Notes: a model not told the origin generated them from the sequence alone. A stretch of DNA of 64,000 nt from an uncultured Desulfospira sp. (GCA_963663165.1 OY760175.1:4608001-4672000); one strand, 5' to 3'; shown: positions 36,917 through 47,987, counted from the first letter of the stretch. Numbers and translations are program-made.

Positions 36917-38938
36917 TCAATCCTTCAACTTTACAAGTACCTTAACGCCTGATGAATCCTTTGGGGAAACCTCTTTTCCGTTACGGGGGTTGATATATAT
37001 CATTTTTGTCCGGTCCGGTATATCAAAATATTGAACCGGTTTGTTTTCAAGGGCCGCCGCCATGGTGTCAATCCAGATGGGCAGGGCCGCCCTGGCCCCG
37101 GTTTCATATTTGCCAAGAGGGGTGCCGTTGTCATTGCCCACCCATACCCCTAAGGCAAGGCCCGGGCTGAACCCCACAAACAAGGCGTCTTTATAATCGT
37201 CGGTGGTCCCGGTTTTCCCGGCGATCTCTTTTTTGATGCACTGGGCTTTTTTTCCGGTTCCCTCCTGGATCACGGCCTTTAGCATATCCGCCATAACCGC
37301 CGCATCCTGCCGGCTCATCACCTTGGTTTTCTGTTCCTGGTATGTAAACAGGGGCCTGCCGTCCAGGTCTTCAATTTTGGCAACACAAAAAGGGGCGGCG
37401 CTGATGCCGTTGTTGGCAAAGGGGAGATAGGCGGCGGTCAGTTCCATGAGCGTGACTTCAAAGCTCCCTAATGCCAGGGATGGATAGGGTTTTAAAGCAG
37501 CTGTGATTCCCGCCTGTTGAGCAAATGTGATCACGGCGCCTGGGCCGATTTTTTGAATCAGCCGGACCGCCGGCGTATTTTTGGAAAAGGCCAGGGCCGC
37601 CCTGAGGGTCATTTGTCCGGCATAGGATGGGGTAAAGTTGTTGACCTCCCAGAAGGTCCCGTTATCAAGCTCAATGGAAAGGGGGGCGTCCACCAGGGTG
37701 TCTGCCTGGGAAAAACCGGCATTCAAGGCCGCCGCATATACAAAGGGCTTAAATGCGGACCCGGGCTGTCTCAAGGCCTGTACGGCCCGGTTAAAACTGC
37801 TGCGGGCATAATCTCTACCCCCGGACATGCACCGGATTCCCCCGGTTTTGGTGTCAATTCCGATCAGGGCACATTCAAGACAAGAGGTATCCATGCCGTT
37901 TTTTTTGAGCCGGTCTTCCATTTCACCCATGTGAACCTGAATGGCTTTCTGGGCCGCCTTTTGAAGGTCAAGGTCAAGGGATGTCCTGACATTGGCGCCT
38001 TTGGCATGCAGGCTGCTGTAATCGGCCATGGTATTTAACCGGGCCTTTACGAATTCCCCAAAGTAAGGGGCCGGCTCAACGGCCGGTGTATCGGCGTCCC
38101 GGGTTAACGGTTCCTGGCAGGCGCCGGTATATTGCGTGAGGGAAATTTTTTTAAGATCCAGCATTTGTTTTAAGACGACGACCCTTCTTTTTTTTGCAAG
38201 CTCTGGGTGGCGGATGGGGGAGTAGGTGGTGGGGGCTTTGGGAAGCCCAGCAATCAGGGCGGCCTGGCCCAGAGTCAGGTGGCCAGCCGAGGTGTTAAAA
38301 TAGGTTTGGCAGGCGGCTTCCACCCCATAGGAGCCGGATCCTAAATAAATCTGGTTTAAATACAGTTCTAAGATTTCATCTTTGGTGTACCGCCGTTCAA
38401 TTTGAAGGGCAAGAATGGCTTCCCTGACCTTCCGCACGATGGATTTTTCAGGGGAAAGGAACAACGTTTTTGCCAGCTGCTGGGTCAGGGTGCTGGCCCC
38501 CTGCTTGAACTTTCCGGACTTCAGGTCCAGGATGAATGCCCTTAAAATGGCCTTTGGGTTGATGCCCGAGTGGGTATAAAAAGTTCTGTCTTCAGTGACC
38601 AGCAGGGCAGTGATTAATTTTTGATCCACCGCGTCAATGGATACGGGGAACCGTTTTTCAAGAAAGAACCTTGATATAACCCGGTTCTGCCCGTCAAGTA
38701 AAGTGGTGACCGAGGAGGGTTTAAACTGTTTGAGCTGATTGATCTGTGGAAGGTCATGGGACAGCCCGAAAAATATCCCGAGCAAAAGACCTGCGGCAAG
38801 CCCTGTGATGAGTGCTGCGACGACACCCCACTGTTTCACTGGTCTGTTTGAGGAAACCGGCCGCACTACCATTCCCATTCTTGCTGGACCTGGACAGGGG
38901 CGTTTGTCACCGGACCGGACAAGCCGTTCACGATTCAA
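36917..38938 (-). CDS. Penicillin-binding protein 1A family (transglycosylase/transpeptidase)
   Basis: EDRTFYTHSG, GASTLTQQLAK, RKVRE, QPGSAFKP, SKN, GKTGT. Confidence 0.94.
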   Translation of the reverse strand: MNRERLVRSGDKRPCPGPARMGMVVRPVSSNRPVKQWGVVAALITGLAAGLLLGIFFGLSHDLPQINQLKQFKPSSVTTLLDGQNRVISRFFLEKRFPVSIDAVDQKLITALLVTEDRTFYTHSGINPKAILRAFILDLKSGKFKQGASTLTQQLAKTLFLSPEKSIVRKVREAILALQIERRYTKDEILELYLNQIYLGSGSYGVEAACQTYFNTSAGHLTLGQAALIAGLPKAPTTYSPIRHPELAKKRRVVVLKQMLDLKKISLTQYTGACQEPLTRDADTPAVEPAPYFGEFVKARLNTMADYSSLHAKGANVRTSLDLDLQKAAQKAIQVHMGEMEDRLKKNGMDTSCLECALIGIDTKTGGIRCMSGGRDYARSSFNRAVQALRQPGSAFKPFVYAAALNAGFSQADTLVDAPLSIELDNGTFWEVNNFTPSYAGQMTLRAALAFSKNTPAVRLIQKIGPGAVITFAQQAGITAALKPYPSLALGSFEVTLMELTAAYLPFANNGISAAPFCVAKIEDLDGRPLFTYQEQKTKVMSRQDAAVMADMLKAVIQEGTGKKAQCIKKEIAGKTGTTDDYKDALFVGFSPGLALGVWVGNDNGTPLGKYETGARAALPIWIDTMAAALENKPVQYFDIPDRTKMIYINPRNGKEVSPKDSSGVKVLVKLKD

Positions 38939-40607
38939 GAAAGCCTGAAACCGCCTTTTTAAAATCGTCGTCTGAAAACGGTTTATACAAAATATGGTTT
39001 ATCCCGGCTTTTGTAAGGATGGAGTCGTTAACCTGCATCTTTTCGTCACCTTTCTGAACAAAATCGCTCTGGGTGGTGATCATGAGAATGGGCAGGTCCT
39101 GGCGGGAGAATTTTTTTCTGATTTCCCTGGTCAGTTCCAGGCCGCTGATATTGGGCATGTTCAAATCGGTAATCACCAGGCGGGGCGGATTTTTAAGGAT
39201 ATGGACAATGGCATCTTCAGGCTTGCTGAAACAGTCCGGGGAATGTCCCAAGGCCGACAGCTTGTTCTGGTAAAGCTTGAGCATCATTTTTGAATCGTCA
39301 ACAATGGCAATGGCTGTTTTGGTTTCAGCCGGTTCCATTTTTCCAGCCGACTGGGCTTCCTTTGCCAGAGACTGGACCAGCTCTTTTTGTCCCAATCCCG
39401 CCATCTGTTTAAGGAAACTTTTCTTTGCATTGGGAGAGGCCGTAGTCAGAAAATGCTGTTTGGCCAGCTTATTGAAAGACTCTTCCTGGATCAGGAAATT
39501 AAACACCCCCCCTGCCTCAGTGTCAATCAGGGCTGCCACGGCTTTGGCGGATTCGCCAGACTCTTCTCTGATAATATTCTTTAAGCCCGCGATTAACGGC
39601 TTGGACAAATTTTTATCAATGGCCCGTGCCGCACTCATTCTCACGGCTTCAACCTCGTCCTGTAGGCCCTGGGCCAGGCAGATAGCTGTCTTGGGAGAGG
39701 GGATCCGTTCCATGGCCTCAAAGGTGGCCTGCCGGATGTTGGGATCTTTGGGATGGGTATTGATGATATTGAGAAGGGCTGAGATGGCCGCCGGATCACC
39801 AATATAACCCAGGGTGGTGACCAGGTGGACCAGGTAATCGGCCTCGGCATTTTGAAAGGCATTGGTCAAAATCGGGGTAGATTTGCTGCCCAGCCGGATC
39901 AGCTGGTCAATGGCCGTATCCCGGACCTGGGTTTTTTGGGAGCTTAACAGGGAGGTCAGTTTTTCAAGGGCGTAAACATCCTGGATTTCTGCCAGGGACT
40001 CCACGGCCAGTTTATCGCCTTCTTCACTGTCTCCAAGAAACCCGATGAGCTGGTCCACGGCATCTTTGCCGCCGATTTCAGCAATGGCCAGGATGGCCGT
40101 TCGCTTTACTGCGGCATTGGGGTTTTTGGCCATCAGGGCAATGATGGCAATGGATTCCGGCTGCCGAAGTTCGCCAAGGGATTTAAGGGTAGCCGACAGA
40201 ATCTCCTTGTCATTGTCCTCGGCGATAATTTTTTCAAGCGCTTTTCGGGCCTGAGTCATCATGAGATCCCCCACGGCTTTTATAAACAAGAGCCGGGTGG
40301 GCTTTTCATTTTTCAGGATATATTGAATGACCAGCTCGGTGTTGCCATAGGCCATGTCCAGAATAAGCTCGTATAAGGATTCACGGACTTCCGGGCTTGA
40401 GATCTCAATCCGGGTCAGGTACTCAAGCAGGGGGAATACGATTTTTTCAGGGCCTTTGGCCAGTTCCAGAAGCGCTTTCTGCTGTATCTGAATATTGGCG
40501 TTTGAATCCGATGCAAACTGGAGCAGGGCCTTTGCCTTGACAATATCTTCTTCCTTGAGACAGAAGACCAGCTCATCAATAAACTCTTTTTCGCTTATAG
40601 AGCCCAT
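38928..40607 (-). CDS. HEAT-repeat protein with C-terminal receiver domain
   Basis: Repeated helical pairs (VRDTAIDQL, VRMSAARAI); IVDDS...ITDLNMPNISGLEL...KPF. Confidence 0.88.
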   Translation of the reverse strand: MGSISEKEFIDELVFCLKEEDIVKAKALLQFASDSNANIQIQQKALLELAKGPEKIVFPLLEYLTRIEISSPEVRESLYELILDMAYGNTELVIQYILKNEKPTRLLFIKAVGDLMMTQARKALEKIIAEDNDKEILSATLKSLGELRQPESIAIIALMAKNPNAAVKRTAILAIAEIGGKDAVDQLIGFLGDSEEGDKLAVESLAEIQDVYALEKLTSLLSSQKTQVRDTAIDQLIRLGSKSTPILTNAFQNAEADYLVHLVTTLGYIGDPAAISALLNIINTHPKDPNIRQATFEAMERIPSPKTAICLAQGLQDEVEAVRMSAARAIDKNLSKPLIAGLKNIIREESGESAKAVAALIDTEAGGVFNFLIQEESFNKLAKQHFLTTASPNAKKSFLKQMAGLGQKELVQSLAKEAQSAGKMEPAETKTAIAIVDDSKMMLKLYQNKLSALGHSPDCFSKPEDAIVHILKNPPRLVITDLNMPNISGLELTREIRKKFSRQDLPILMITTQSDFVQKGDEKMQVNDSILTKAGINHILYKPFSDDDFKKAVSGFLES

Positions 40608-40617
40608 GGTTCACCTA

Positions 40618-41463
40618 TTATTCTTTAAACCGGTAAAAAACGGAATTCAGATATTTCTGGGAAACAAATAAATCTGTATCATTGACAAGGGATTCCGTGG
40701 AGCCGATGAGCAGATATCCATCGGGCTCCAGGGTTTTTGCAATGTTCTGGTAAATGCGTTTTCTGTCCTCGGGGGTGAAATAAATCATCACGTTCCGGCA
40801 TAGGATAATATCAAATTTGCCCAGGCCCATAAAGGGTTTCATCAAATTCATTTTTTTGAACTGGGCCATACTGCGTAGCTCATCCTTGACTTTATACCGG
40901 TCTTCATGAGGGGTGAAGTACTTATCCCTTTTGGCCGGTTCAAGTCCCCTGGCCACTTCAAACTTGTTGTAAACCCCGTAACTTGCCTGGGCAATGGCGG
41001 CATCGGAAATATCGGTTCCAAACAGTTTAATGTCATATTTCTGGGGGGTCACCCCCATATCCAACAGGGTCATGGCAATGGAATAAATTTCCTGTCCCGT
41101 GGAGTTGGCCGCACTCCAGAGCCTTAATTGGACCTTTCTGCCGGGAAATTTGGTGGCCCGTCTATCGATAAGGTCCGGGAGAATTTTATGGGCAAGGAGC
41201 TGAAATGGAGATTTGTCCCTGAAAAAATAGGTCTCATTGGTTGAAATGGCGTCAATGATTTCCCCTTCCAGTCCCTTTTTTGAATCCATTCTGGATTTTT
41301 GAAGCAATTCATTAAACGACTTGCAGCCTGTCCGGTTGAGAATAGGCGTCAGACGGGTTTCCAAAAGATATTCTTTGCCGGCACTCAGGGCGATTCCGGA
41401 AATGTCCAGAATATATTTTGAAAATTTGGTAAATTCTTCAGGCGTAACTTTAATTTTGCTCAT
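40618..41463 (-). CDS. cheR: Chemotaxis methyltransferase CheR
   Basis: STNETYFFRD, LWSAANSTGQE, GTDIS, FDIILCRNVMIYF. Confidence 0.96.
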   Translation of the reverse strand: MSKIKVTPEEFTKFSKYILDISGIALSAGKEYLLETRLTPILNRTGCKSFNELLQKSRMDSKKGLEGEIIDAISTNETYFFRDKSPFQLLAHKILPDLIDRRATKFPGRKVQLRLWSAANSTGQEIYSIAMTLLDMGVTPQKYDIKLFGTDISDAAIAQASYGVYNKFEVARGLEPAKRDKYFTPHEDRYKVKDELRSMAQFKKMNLMKPFMGLGKFDIILCRNVMIYFTPEDRKRIYQNIAKTLEPDGYLLIGSTESLVNDTDLFVSQKYLNSVFYRFKE

Positions 41464-41484
41464 GTTCAGCTGGCCGTTTGGGGG

Positions 41485-42594
41485 TCATTTAATTGATTTT
41501 ATAATTTCATCCGCGATTCTCTGCAGCGGGGCGATAACGTCGGCCAGTCCGGATTCGATGGGTTCTTTGGGCATACCGTAAACGGTGCATGAGGCCTGAT
41601 CCTGGGCAATGATAAAACTGCCGTTTTCTTTCATCCGGGCAAGCCCCTTGGTCCCGTCAGATCCCATTCCCGTCATGATCACGCCGGTTGCCCTCCCCAC
41701 ATAGTGCTGGGCAATGGATCTGAACAGGTAATCCACAGAAGGCTTGCAGCTGTTTTCCGGCGGATCATCGGTAATTTTGATTTTCCGGGAAATGCCGTCG
41801 GCTGCGGCCACAATCTTCATCTGCTTTCCGCCCGGGGCTATAAATACTGTTCCCGGTGCGATGGTGTCTCCGTCCTGGGCCTCTTTAATGGTCAAAGGGC
41901 TTTTTTTGTCCAGGCTGTTGGCAAGGGATGCCGTAAACATGGGCGGCATATGCTGGACGATCAATACCGGGGCTTTCAGGTTGCCAGGCAATAAAGGAAT
42001 CATCTGGGCCAGGGCATTGGGGCCGCCTGTGGAAATGCCGATTCCCACAATCTCAGATCTGGGGGGCAACGTCGGGCCGGTTTTGGGCACCGGCGTCTGC
42101 GGGGTGGCTGACAAGGGCTTCTGGGCAGGGGCTCTGAGGGGTGGAACAAGCTTCCTTTTTTCTAAAGTCGGCCCGAAACCGGACATTTTCCGGCGGATTA
42201 AGGTGGCCACAATGGGCTCTAATGTGGCCCGGATTTTTTCCGTATTTTCGGCCATCCGGCCTTCATCAGGCTTGGGAAGAAAATCAAAGGCCCCAAGTTC
42301 CAGTGCCCGGATGGTCATCTCGCTGCCTTCCTGGGTCAGGGTGGACACCATGATTACAGAAGGCGGATCATCATAGTCCTTCAGTTTTTCAAGAACCTGA
42401 ATCCCGTTCATTTCAGGCATTTCAATGTCAAGGGTGATCAGGTCAGGCTTAAGGGTTGAAATTTTTGAAAGGGCAATTTTACCGTTATTGGCTGTTCCAA
42501 CGACTTCGATACCCGATATTGATTTTAAAACATCCCCAACAATTTTTCTGTAGACAATGGTATCGTCCACCACCACTGCGGTAAGATTGGTCAT
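41485..42594 (-). CDS. cheB: Chemotaxis methylesterase CheB (REC + CheB)
   Basis: LDIEMP; GISTGGP, VQHMP, TGMGSDG. Confidence 0.97.
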   Translation of the reverse strand: MTNLTAVVVDDTIVYRKIVGDVLKSISGIEVVGTANNGKIALSKISTLKPDLITLDIEMPEMNGIQVLEKLKDYDDPPSVIMVSTLTQEGSEMTIRALELGAFDFLPKPDEGRMAENTEKIRATLEPIVATLIRRKMSGFGPTLEKRKLVPPLRAPAQKPLSATPQTPVPKTGPTLPPRSEIVGIGISTGGPNALAQMIPLLPGNLKAPVLIVQHMPPMFTASLANSLDKKSPLTIKEAQDGDTIAPGTVFIAPGGKQMKIVAAADGISRKIKITDDPPENSCKPSVDYLFRSIAQHYVGRATGVIMTGMGSDGTKGLARMKENGSFIIAQDQASCTVYGMPKEPIESGLADVIAPLQRIADEIIKSIK

Positions 42595-43043
42595 TATTCT
42601 TTGAGAACCTCGTCTATGTCAAGTATACCGATCAGCTCTTTTTCCGTTTTCAGCACACCCTGGAAATATTTCCCCCTTGCGCCGCCGATATTGGACGGTG
42701 CCGGCTCAATATCATCTTCATCTGCTAAAACCACATCACTGATAGAGTCCACCAGAAGGCCGATGGGCTCGTCTTCCGAGTTGACGATAATATTCCGGTT
42801 GTCCTTGTCTTTATTGACAGGAACAAGCCCTAATTTTTTGCCTAAATCGACAATGGTCACAATCTTTCCCCTAAGGTTTAATATGCCTTCAATATATTCA
42901 GGTGACTGGGGAACTTTTGTAATTTCAAAATGCTTGTTTATCTCCTGGATATTCAGGATATTAATGCCGCACAATGCCCCTCCCACGTAAAACGTGGAGA
43001 ACTCCATATCTTTTGAAGATGTGTTATTTGCTGCTTTGCTCAT
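42594..43043 (-). CDS. cheW: Chemotaxis coupling protein CheW
   Basis: ITKVPQSPEYIEGILNLRGKIV, GLLVD; ATG 43043 after GGAG. Confidence 0.96.
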   Translation of the reverse strand: MSKAANNTSSKDMEFSTFYVGGALCGINILNIQEINKHFEITKVPQSPEYIEGILNLRGKIVTIVDLGKKLGLVPVNKDKDNRNIIVNSEDEPIGLLVDSISDVVLADEDDIEPAPSNIGGARGKYFQGVLKTEKELIGILDIDEVLKE

Positions 43044-43173
43044 GTTGTCTCCTTGAGTCCTCATAAAAAGCGTTTAGCGGTTAGCCAAGCCGATACAATC
43101 CAAAGGTTGACTTTCGACAGTGAAAGGCCAATGGCGTTCATATGCCGGGCCTTAAAGCCCGGACCGGCCGGTT

Positions 43174-46100
43174 TTATTGAACATTCAGGTAAACCCGTAA
43201 TTTGGCCATCAGTTTTTCCCGGTCCAGCTTGATCTCGTATTCGTCAATTCCCACACTTCTGCCCTTTTCCATATGGGCCTCACTGGCCAGAGAGGTCAGG
43301 GCAATGACAGACAGATGCTGGTATTCCGGGGCGTTTTTAATCCGCTTGGTCAGTTCAAACCCATCCATGTTGGGCATTTCAAGGTCAGTGACCACAAGGT
43401 CAATTTCATCCACCCGGTCCTTGAGAAGTTCCCAGGCCACCAGTCCGTCTTCGGCCTCGATGACTTTATACCCGTCTTCTTCCATAAAGGTTCTGACCTG
43501 ATTTCTAAAAAAGGTGGAGTCTTCGGCAAACAGGATGATTTTTTCTCCGTCTTCGGACATGGCGGCTGCGGCTTGGGCTTCCTGCTTAAACCATTCCGGG
43601 TTTAAGAGTTTGATCATCTCAAAGATGTCCACCAGCAGCGTGGTATGTTCGTTGATGATCTGTGACCCGGTGATGGCCGGCTGCCTTAAGGTACTCTCAT
43701 CCGGGCTCAATGACACTTCCAAAGCATCCACCGGCGGGGTGACCATCAGGCCGATTTCCCTGTCTTTTACCTTGAAAACAACCACTTCCTGCTGTTCTCT
43801 TTGGGGCAGCTCACTGAAATTGGCCACCTGGGAGAGTTCATAAAGGGGAAGTGCCCCGCCCCTGTACTGAACCACTTTCCGCTCACCAATTTTTTCGATT
43901 TGTGAGGTTTGAATCCGTTCAATTCTTTCAACCAGGTTCAAGGGGGCTGCAAAATATTCGGTTTCGCCGTTTTTGAATGTCAACAGGGCCGCCTTGTCCT
44001 GGTTGGCCCTCGCGGCTTCCGCCTCTTGTGCGGTCTTGGCGATTTGGTTGGCTTCATCAATGGTGGCCAGTTCCGCCATCTGGGCCAGGTTGGAAATATC
44101 CAGAATAAGCGCGACTTTTCCATCCCCCATGATGGTGGCCCCGGCATAGGCCGAGCATCTTTTCAAATGCCGGCCCACCGGTTTGACAACAATTTCTTCT
44201 GAATCATGGAGGTTGTCCACAACCAGCCCGTATTTGTAGGGTCCGGCTGAAACTACAGCGATATTAATGGCACTGGCGGCATGGAAACGCCGGTCTTTTA
44301 CGACATCCCGTACGCCGTCTGCGGCCTCTTTTTCATTTTTATCGTCTTTCTGTTGCGGTTGGAGTCGCTTGGATCTCCGGTCTGCTATATTCATCCGTTG
44401 ATCCGGAATTTCCTCATTGGTTTCAGGGTCAACATAGGTTTTCTTGATGTTAAGAACTTTGGCCAGGTTGAGCAGGGGCAGCAGTTCTCCCCTTAACCGG
44501 ACCACATCAGCGTCCCCGACTTTTTCGATTTTTTCTTTGACCTGGGCTGCCGGAATCCTGAGCAGTTCGTTGAGGTTCACCTGGGGCAGGGCATAACGTT
44601 CATTGCCGACAGAGGTGATCTGGCTGGGGATAATGGCCAGGGTCAGCGGCAGCTTGATCTGAATGTCGGTTCCCTTTCCCGGGGTGGAATCAATCTCAAT
44701 AATTCCGCCAAGGCTTTCAATGTTGGTTGTGACAACATCCATGCCCACCCCCCGGCCGGACACATCGGTGATTTGTTCTGCCGTGGAAAAGCCGGGAAGG
44801 AAAATTAATTCCATTTTGGTTTTATCCGACATGTCGGCGACCTGCTGTTCTGTTTTCAACCCCTTGTTAACAGCGGATTGGGCTATTTTTTCAGGGTTCA
44901 GTCCCCGGCCGTCGTCGGAAATGACGATGTTGACCTGTCCGGCTTCATGAAAGGCTTTAAGAAAAATCTTTCCCGTGGATGGTTTCCCGATCTGCTCCCT
45001 TTCCATGGGCGTTTCGATGCCGTGGTCAATGGAGTTTCTAACCAGATGGGTCAAGGGGTCATTAATGGATTCAAGAATGGTTTTGTCCAGTTCAACTTCC
45101 TTGCCCTCGATGATCAGGTCAATGGATTTGCCAAGCTGCTGGGACAGGTCCCGGACCACCCGTGTAAATTTGTTAAAGATGTTGGCTATGGGCTGCATCC
45201 TCGTTCTCATGATGGCTTCCTGGAGTTCCGAGGTGATCATGTCGATGCGCTGACTGGACAGCTCTGTTGCCTTTCCATTGGATGAGTTGATGCCCTGAAG
45301 AAGCTGGTTCCGGCTTAGAACCAGTTCCCCGGCAAGGTTCATCAGCGTATCCAGAAGCCCGACATTCACCCTGAGAGAAGACTGGGTTTTCTGGGCAAGA
45401 TGGATATCTTTGTCTGCGGCCTTTGCCGGTTCCTGGGCGGCGGGCTTGGCAACCGGTGCGGCCTGCTGTGGGGCGGGCGCGGCTTCCTGAACGACAGGTT
45501 TGGCCGGGGCAACGGGTTCCGGTGCCGCCGCTGCTGTTTCAACTTTCTGAGCGGCCATGACTTTGGGGGCCTCTCCTGAAGCCGGCGCCGAAGAGGCCTG
45601 AGCCATTTCCGGGGTTATTTCATGAATGAAGTTGCTTTTAAGGTCGAAAAGGGTTTCAGTCATATCGGCTTCGATAATAGACCCAAAAAGAATTTGAAGC
45701 GGGATGTTTGCCGGCAACCCGGGAGCGTCAAGGGAGCCCGTGATGTCAAAATCCGTCCTGGAATCTATGATAACACCAGTTTTCTTGAGGTTTTCGAACA
45801 CATCCGCGGGCTGTTTCCCTTTTTGATGGATGTCTGCCATCAGATCGTATTCCACAAGGAAAATGTTCTTGCCTTCACCGCGCAGGGTCTCTATTTCCTG
45901 CTTGGGGGCTTTTTCAAAAATCCGTCCGTCTTTAAGGACGATATCCACTGTTTCAAGAGTGGCGGGGGCTGCTTCCGCCGCGGCAGGCGTTGCGGCAGGC
46001 GCATCTTCCTGTGGCGATGCATTGGTGATATTTTCAAGGGCCTTTACATGTTCGCTGATGTCCACTTCGTTGCTGGATTCAATGTTGTTCAAAAGGGTTT

Positions 46101-46398
46101 CAAGCTTGTCAAACCCTTTGAGCAGGATGCTGATTTTGCCGGAATCAGGAACAAGCTCTTTGTTTCTGATCAGCCCGAGTACGTTTTCCAGATTGTGGGC
46201 AAGATCTTTGATGGTGGTCAACCCCATGAAACCGGCCCCGCCTTTGACGGAGTGGGCGGCCCTAAAGACATTGTTGACCAGGTCAATATCGATATTGGCT
46301 CCGGCCTCTTCGATTGCAAGCAGGTCACTTTCAATATCCCCAAGGTGGTCGAGCGATTCCTCAATGTACATTTGTAGGGTTTCGTCATCTTCAAACAT
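43174..46398 (-). CDS. cheA: Chemotaxis kinase CheA with two CheW-like domains and C-terminal REC
   Basis: FRAAHSVKGG (Hpt), LMNLAGELVL, HLVRNSIDHG, SGRGVGMDVV; ATG 46398 after AGGAG. Confidence 0.96.
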   Translation of the reverse strand: MFEDDETLQMYIEESLDHLGDIESDLLAIEEAGANIDIDLVNNVFRAAHSVKGGAGFMGLTTIKDLAHNLENVLGLIRNKELVPDSGKISILLKGFDKLETLLNNIESSNEVDISEHVKALENITNASPQEDAPAATPAAAEAAPATLETVDIVLKDGRIFEKAPKQEIETLRGEGKNIFLVEYDLMADIHQKGKQPADVFENLKKTGVIIDSRTDFDITGSLDAPGLPANIPLQILFGSIIEADMTETLFDLKSNFIHEITPEMAQASSAPASGEAPKVMAAQKVETAAAAPEPVAPAKPVVQEAAPAPQQAAPVAKPAAQEPAKAADKDIHLAQKTQSSLRVNVGLLDTLMNLAGELVLSRNQLLQGINSSNGKATELSSQRIDMITSELQEAIMRTRMQPIANIFNKFTRVVRDLSQQLGKSIDLIIEGKEVELDKTILESINDPLTHLVRNSIDHGIETPMEREQIGKPSTGKIFLKAFHEAGQVNIVISDDGRGLNPEKIAQSAVNKGLKTEQQVADMSDKTKMELIFLPGFSTAEQITDVSGRGVGMDVVTTNIESLGGIIEIDSTPGKGTDIQIKLPLTLAIIPSQITSVGNERYALPQVNLNELLRIPAAQVKEKIEKVGDADVVRLRGELLPLLNLAKVLNIKKTYVDPETNEEIPDQRMNIADRRSKRLQPQQKDDKNEKEAADGVRDVVKDRRFHAASAINIAVVSAGPYKYGLVVDNLHDSEEIVVKPVGRHLKRCSAYAGATIMGDGKVALILDISNLAQMAELATIDEANQIAKTAQEAEAARANQDKAALLTFKNGETEYFAAPLNLVERIERIQTSQIEKIGERKVVQYRGGALPLYELSQVANFSELPQREQQEVVVFKVKDREIGLMVTPPVDALEVSLSPDESTLRQPAITGSQIINEHTTLLVDIFEMIKLLNPEWFKQEAQAAAAMSEDGEKIILFAEDSTFFRNQVRTFMEEDGYKVIEAEDGLVAWELLKDRVDEIDLVVTDLEMPNMDGFELTKRIKNAPEYQHLSVIALTSLASEAHMEKGRSVGIDEYEIKLDREKLMAKLRVYLNVQ

Positions 46399-46595
46399 AA
46401 TAATTCTCCTGTCCTGAAGGCTTTTTGTCTTTGAAAAAGGAAAAATACCCAATGATTGAACAGTTTACAAAAAAGAAAATGGAAAGTCAAACTAAGAAAT
46501 GGGGATAATCAAGGATATTTCCCTGCTACGGCTTATTGCAAATTCGTATTAAATGATAAAATATATTTTTGAAAATAACAATATTTTATAACCAG

Positions 46596-47831
46596 TCAGG
46601 ATTCAAGTTTTCTGAGAATATCGTTGATACGAAAAGTGCCGTCCATGCGAATCCGGGCTTTGGTGTTTGGCTGGCCGTAATCTATTGGATTCATGTCAAT
46701 ATCCGTTAATGAAAGGATAGCGGATGTCCTGGCTGATCCTGTTGCCGATAAGATTTCAACCCGGTCTGTGATTCCAATTTTGTTACGAATTTCCACCAAA
46801 CAGGAGCCGTTTTCGTAAACGTCGACAATTTTTCCAATGAAACTGTGAATTTTGCCCTGATGGGTGTTGTCATAATTGGGAGAAACCTCGTTGGGGTTTC
46901 CGAAATAAAACCCGGTGCAGTAGGGCCTGTGAAAGGTCAGGTCCAGTTCTTTTATCCATTCTTCTTTGACGCGATATGTCTGGGGATTGTCCACATAAGC
47001 ATTGATGGCGCTGCGATAAGTTTGGACGGCTGATGCCAGGTAGTTGATCCCTTTCATTCTTCCTTCAATCTTAAGGGAAGATATCCCGGCCAAGACCAGT
47101 TCCGGAATGTGATGGATCATGCACAGGTCCCGGGAATTAAAAAGATAGGATCCCCTGTCATCCTGGGCCAGGGGATGGAATTCATTGGGCCGAAGCTCTT
47201 CCACCACAGAATATTTCCATCTGCAGGGATGGCTACAAAGCCCCCGGTTGCTGTCCCGGTTGCTCAAAAAGCTGCTTAATAGGCATCGGCCGGAATAGGA
47301 CATGCACATGGCGCCATGGATAAAGGTTTCGGTCTGGATGTTCGCCTGACCGGTAATCTCTTTGATTTCCTTAAGAGAGAGTTCCCGGGCCAGGTTGACC
47401 CGGGCAATCCCCATTTTTTCCCAGAATTTTACCGTGTTGATATTGGTGGTGTTGGCCTGGGTGCTTAAATGGATGGGGATGTCGGGGATGATCTGCCGGG
47501 CCAGCAGAATGATGCCGGGATCTGAAAGAATAACAGCATCGGGCCGGAAATGGCCAACTTTTGTCAGAAAGGTTTTTATCTGCTCCTGTTCATGGTTTCT
47601 GGAATAGATATTACAGGCCAGGTAGACCTTCACCTTGTTTTGATGGGCCATCTTGACGGCCTGGCTTAATTCTTCATCTGTGAAGTTGCCGGAAAAATTT
47701 CTCAGGCTGAAATCTTTGCCGGCCAGGTATACGGCGTCGGCACCGTAATGAATGGCAATTTCAAGTTTTTCAAAATTTCCGGCAGGCGCCAGAAGTTCCG
47801 GTTTCTTTAAGTTCGTTTCCTGAAAACCCAA
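46596..47831 (-). CDS. Peptidase U32 family protein (TrhP-like tRNA hydroxylation)
   Basis: ELLAPAG, GADAVY, HLSTQ, HGAMCMSYSGRCLLS, CSHPCR, SLKIEGR. Confidence 0.92.
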   Translation of the reverse strand: MGFQETNLKKPELLAPAGNFEKLEIAIHYGADAVYLAGKDFSLRNFSGNFTDEELSQAVKMAHQNKVKVYLACNIYSRNHEQEQIKTFLTKVGHFRPDAVILSDPGIILLARQIIPDIPIHLSTQANTTNINTVKFWEKMGIARVNLARELSLKEIKEITGQANIQTETFIHGAMCMSYSGRCLLSSFLSNRDSNRGLCSHPCRWKYSVVEELRPNEFHPLAQDDRGSYLFNSRDLCMIHHIPELVLAGISSLKIEGRMKGINYLASAVQTYRSAINAYVDNPQTYRVKEEWIKELDLTFHRPYCTGFYFGNPNEVSPNYDNTHQGKIHSFIGKIVDVYENGSCLVEIRNKIGITDRVEILSATGSARTSAILSLTDIDMNPIDYGQPNTKARIRMDGTFRINDILRKLES

Positions 47832-47912
47832 GGAATTAATCCAGCGTTTTGTATATTATTGAACCGATCAGGCAGTATTCTTGTTTCTTGTATCACGTTT
47901 CCAGTCTCTTGA

Positions 47913-47987
47913 TGGTGCCCCCGGCAGGAATCGAACCTGCGCTCAAGGATTAGGAATCCTATGCTCTATCCACTGAGCTACGGGGGC
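47913..47987 (-). tRNA. tRNA-Arg(CCT)
   Basis: GCCCCCGTAGCTCAGTGGATAGAGC...TTCCTAA...GTTCGATTC...GGGGGCACCA. Confidence 0.95.
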
